From Eremomyces bilateralis CBS 781.70 (lineage: Eukaryota), in NCBI GenBank assembly GCA_010015585.1, contig ML975154.1: a stretch of DNA of 64,000 nt; one strand, 5' to 3'. Of the stretch, positions 59,370 to 64,000 are shown piece after piece. Position 1 is the stretch's first letter; each line of letters opens with the position of its first letter. Position numbers and translations under genes: made by a program. The notes under the pieces are model-generated. The model was not told where the DNA came from, ran no database searches, and was given only the letters and a program-made list of their open reading frames with translations.

Positions 59370-60523
59370 AATGATTGGTGGCTATTAAGTATGATGTAGC
59401 AGCCACTTAGATCTTATAATGAACTTGGGGTTATTATAATCCTTTAAAAAGATAGGATACGGATGTTAAGATTTGATGACTTGCAACCAAAGCTGATTCG
59501 ACTTGATTCAGATTGGGGATGCTGGAGATGTTTTCCAGCTTTGATCTGAATATGATATTTCTGAGGTTAAACCCTTACCTGATTTGCGTGCAATCATGAG
59601 ATATATGGAACCTGAACTCCTTCATAGCAACCTCTCGAATAGTCTCGATTGAGAGACTGTCAGTGCTGCTGAGATCGGCCCCTCATCACCTCGTCATATT
59701 TGATAGAGTTGATACTGGCATACCCTGGAATACGCTATTCCATGTACAGTTAGTGGAATTAAGCTGTTTAGGATTAGCATGTAGCTTGCTAAATAAGATG
59801 CCTAACGGAATATGGTATAGCGCTGGTAGACTTACGTAGTAGAGGCACGTGAGATAGCTTCTGTGCACGTGATGTCTTTGATGGCTGGACAGTGGACACC
59901 TCGATCCGCATCTCCTTCATCGCCCAACTGAACCTCACTTCATCTCTTAAGGGTATTTGCATCTCTATGTCAAGCCTCTCTGCTTGACCACCTGCATTAC
60001 CTTGTGCGCAACCATCGTGAGTGCAGTCTGCTTGTTGCGCTACCTGCCTCAAACCCATCTTGTGTAATTGTGTGTTTTCTCCACCCTTAGGCTTTGCTTC
60101 TCCAGTCCCCCATCTACCTTTCTCTCCAGCGCTGGCGCCGACATGAGTCGCGTCGCGAGCACCTTTCAAGTCCTCTTTTCAGCCCTCTTTCCATTAGCTA
60201 TTCTTACAGCTTTCTTATGAGCAGTCGCCGAGATTACTGCTCACTCATCACTTTTGGACCCTCTCACTCTTTTCTTGTTTCAGAACGCCGTGTCTTCTAA
60301 CTCATTGAAATGTTCCACTCTAACGCGATTCTTATCATGGCAAACAGCTTCCATCGACCGATTGTCCACATCTATTACCCAAACCCCATTACCTGACGGT
60401 TCCCTACAACCTGCGAGCAATCCGCTCGGCATATGATGCTTTGGCAATCCGCCTACAAGAAAGTTGTCTGCCTTGCATAACTTGAGTTCAACGAGACATT
60501 ATTCAGAGCGGACCGTCACAGCA

Positions 60524-63413
60524 ATGGAGGCATATCAGTACGTCGGTGGCATTTCATGTTGGACTTCATATGCTGATTACTTGACTGCAGGCGTGAAGAC
60601 GCACGATTCGGGACGGACGGATTCCGTCGAAGATCACCTTCGGGTAAGAAATAGACTATGCGTTTTCTGCACCATGGAATTGAAATATCGCCTGGCAACA
60701 TGGTGTTGACATGAAAGATGGAAAATTCCATTGTTTCAGAACGGTCCCTTGATTTTGTTCAACCTCGACCTTGTTCTTTATGGAATCGTTGCTCATTTGT
60801 CATCTTTGTTAGGGAATTACGATCGTCGACCTCGTCAGCCCAGGAATCGCTCGAGATCTCCTGTCGCCATCGATCGGTATCAGCCCGAACGCAACCGTGA
60901 TGAATACTATCGAGGCCGCGAAGAGCCTCCGAGGCGACGCAGCCCACCTCCCGTCCAAGCGGGGATCGACCGTTACGTGCCCGGACAAGAACCGGCCGCC
61001 CCCGCTGTGACTACCAATCCGCTTCCAAACCCTCTCTCGCTTGACTTTCAAGTTGGGTTCAATTGGTTCGCTGAATGGTGGCGCATGGATCAACTCATCA
61101 AGGAGGAGAAGGAGCGTCAGAAGAACGGAGGCCGTAGACCTGAACGTCTCAAGGGCGAAAAGGAGTCTCGCGAAGAGCGCAACAAGGAACGAGAGCAGAT
61201 CCAGGCGGCTTATGATGCGTACAAGGAGAAACTCCAGATGCAAATGGCCCGCACTTTCATCCACCAACACAAAGGCGAGGAGTGGTTCAAGGAGCGATAC
61301 GACCCGCAAGTCCGTGAACCTTTGAGGAAGAGACTCGCAGAGTTCAGGAAGGAAGCCTACAATCAATGGCAGCAAGACATTTCTTCCGGGTACTTCGATG
61401 AGTTCAACCTGGAGGGGATCTACAAGAATGATAGTAACGGAGCCGGTGGTATTGTTGAGAAAGAAGAAGGCGAGACGACCGCAGCAAATGAGGTGTTGGG
61501 TGTCGGCGACCTCCTGCCATCGAAAGGAGGAGACCTCCGTGACGAGTCTGCGCAACAGCCGACGCTTCTTATCAAGACCATCGCACCAACCGTGAGCCGT
61601 GAGAAGATGGAGAACTTCTGCAAAGAGCACCTTGGTGAAGGGGAGGGTGGCTACAAATGGCTCAGCCTGAGCGATCCTAACCCTCAGAAGAAGTGCCATC
61701 GAATTGGCTGGGTCATCTTGAATCAGCAGCAAGATCAGTCTTGGGGTTTGGACGAGCGCGGCGATGGCCGAGAGGAAGACATGGAAGAAGGCGAAGAAGG
61801 TCTGGCTCGCTCAGATAACGAGACCTCGGGGCCTCGTGGAACCGCCGTCAAGGCTTTGGAGCAACTCAACGGGAAGACCATCCATGATGAGGAGCGTGGA
61901 GATTTCACGTGCCACGTTGGTGTCCATGAGCCGCCTGCTCTTCCGAGAAAGAAAGCCTTGTGGGACCTCTTCTCCGCACCGGAGCGCATCGAACGCGATC
62001 TTCAGCTCGTGACGCGCCTGGCCAACAAATTTGACGAAGAGCTTGGCGAGGATCATTCCGGGGTGGCGTTGGTCGAACAACGCGTGGAAGAGATGCAGAG
62101 GCAAGGACTCCTTCAACCACCCTTCGGTACTAGTTCCAAGAAAGCCAAAGCGGAGTCTGAGGACGAAGATGCGATGGAAGAGGGTGAAGAGGAGGAGGAG
62201 GGTACATATGACGAGGATGTGGATGACGAGGATCTCCTTGCGAAAAAGAAGAAGCTCGATCTTACGGTCGAGTATCTGCGCCGGGTCTTCAACTTCTGCT
62301 TCTTCTGCGTCTTCGAAAGCGACTCGGTCCATGAATTGATGAGGAAGTGTCCGGGTGGACATTTGCGTCGGCCGAGAGCGAGTCTTACCACGCCAGCCAA
62401 GATCGCTGCCAAAGCGAGTGCTTCCGGCCAGCCATTCCCTTACAAAAAGCAGGATTTGTCTGGAGAGGGCGAAGGCGCGTTGTCGCCAGTTGAAGAGAAG
62501 AAATTCCCCAAAGGAAATCCGAAGACCCAGCAGCAGCTTCAACGAGCGTTCAACTGGGTGAAGACCTACGAGGACAAGCTGTTCCAGATCTTGGACCCTG
62601 CGAGTGTGGATATCAAGAAGCTGGGCGGGAAACCTTCCGAAGAGGGAATGGAAGAAGAACTTCACAAATTTGTGAAGCAGGAGGACGAAGCCAAGTTCCG
62701 ATGCAAAGTGCCCGACTGCGCCAAGCTTTTCAAAGGCGAGAATTTCTGGCGGAAGCATGTTGAGAAGAGGCACGCCGAGTTCTTTGAGAAGATCAAATCC
62801 GATGTAAGTGATCCATACGCGATTTACTTGGATCATAGACTAATGTCCGTAGGTCGAGCTTGTGAATGCATATGTCCTTGATCCAGCTCATATCGCACCA
62901 TCTAGGACGGACGCCAACAGCAACGGCCACTTCCCCATGAGCAATCATGCTGTCACCGGAACCCCTCGTGGCTTCAACCTCTCCGCCATACCCTTCGCCT
63001 TCAACAACGCGATACCAGGCGGTGTCCCCAACCCCGCCGCCATCCAAGCCTACTTCGCCCAAAACAACATGGTCCCCCCACCCGGCTGGACGGCCGGCGG
63101 CGCCATGATGGGTGCGGAAGACGACCGTCGCCCCGGCGGCCCGATCCGACGCTTCAACAACCGCCCGAACAACCGCGCGGGCGGCCCTTACGATCGGCCC
63201 TCGAAGGACATGCGGAACGCGCGATGGGGCAGCGCGTCTGGGCGGTTGACGCCGCCTCGCGCCAACGGGGCGCGCATGCCGGTTGATCCGCGCTTTGCCG
63301 ATGCGGCGGCGGCGCTAGTGGGGCCGCGGGAGGCGGTGCAAGGGAGGACGTTGCGGAGCTATGAGGACCTCGATGCGGCGGGGGCGAATGGGAGTGCGGA
63401 GTTGAATTACTGA
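60524..63413 (+). CDS. ARS2: ARS2/SERRATE-family cap-binding-complex partner (arsenite resistance protein 2 homologue), 3 introns
   Basis: MEAYQ|REDARFGTDGFRRRSPSG|NYDRR..RSRSP; FIHQHKGEEWFKERY; LLIKTIAPTVSR; KKLDLTVEYLRRVFNFCFFC; C2H2-like FRCKVPDCAKLFKGENFWRKHVEKRH; NAYVLDP; RSYEDLDA...ELNY. Confidence 0.92.
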
Positions 63414-64000
63414 GTCGGCACGGGTTCCTTGCGACGTCGCGTGGATATGGGGAGAAATGCGCGGGATTCGTCACGCGGAATTAGAACATCACATGGTCTT
63501 ATCGATGGGGTTCGCACCACAAGAGTCCGTGTTCGTTAGGGTGACTTAACGGGTGCAAAATTGCGTTCATTATTGCTGGGGACGATCATTTAACATTCTC
63601 TACTCCGTCGAAGGGTGTCTGACTTCCGAGAGATGACGGACCCAGCCTTTATGTTTCACACTGTATGTTAGATTGACGGCTGGACTTCAGGGCCATCGAC
63701 GCGGAGATGGCACCGCGTCCTCCGGGTTTCGGATCAAAATTTTTATTTCTAGCTAGCCTGAGTAACAAATGGAAATTCGAAATCTGCACCATGATCCCGT
63801 CGTGTCTCTTGTGAGTAGTGACTTGTGAGGATGTCCGATGACGCCAATCCGAAGTTGCCGTTAGATTGGCGATGGTCGCTTACAAGGATGGATCAGATGG
63901 ACATTGGAGGAACGTTCAACAACGGGATCTTGCTCGACGGGCAGTTTAGTCCCCATTGGCTCCTTCAGCTCGCAACTAACCAATGCCCAGGAATTGGTGG

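Noticed and set aside
63490..63560. GGGGTTCGCACCAC segment resembling a tRNA fragment
   Set aside because: No acceptor, D or anticodon stems could be built on either strand.
1..64000. CRISPR arrays, rRNA, telomeric arrays, intact transposons and TGA-CTA readthrough peroxisomal extensions
   Set aside because: None seen by eye: no spaced direct repeats, no tandem TTAGGG, no RT/integrase/transposase motifs in the ORF track, and the stop contexts I checked lack the TGA CTA motif.

Overview
Eukaryotic, gene-dense window from a filamentous ascomycete (Pezizomycotina, inferred from short GT-AG introns with CTRAY branch sites and from the gene families present). About 21 protein-coding genes are supportable: a BRCT-less ATP-dependent DNA ligase-like protein, ERV25 (p24), a BTB/POZ protein, an NDUFA12-family protein, a calponin-homology protein, an MFS transporter, PRMT3, RAV1, a TLC-domain protein, a Cys-rich secreted/GPI protein, a mitochondrial two-RRM protein, a GRF zinc-finger protein, bleomycin hydrolase (LAP3), a 1450-aa uncharacterised protein, ELMO, a Rad53-type FHA-kinase-FHA, a VOC/glyoxalase protein, a KLAP1-like zinc-finger protein, a coiled-coil membrane protein, TSPO and ARS2/SERRATE. 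There is an ~8 kb gene-poor stretch (37.5-45.3 kb) and a few probable gene relics. I found no rRNA, tRNA, CRISPR array or recognisable transposon by eye. The two most notable observations: (1) the 1450-aa protein starts with an apparent fused H2B-H2A histone doublet and ends with four copies of a short (L/F)xDF(L/I)R..P motif; (2) about 15 or more strand-symmetric islands switch abruptly from C/A-rich to G/T-rich sequence regardless of gene orientation. Intron boundaries and compositional boundaries were read by eye, and all family assignments come from motif recognition, not database searches.
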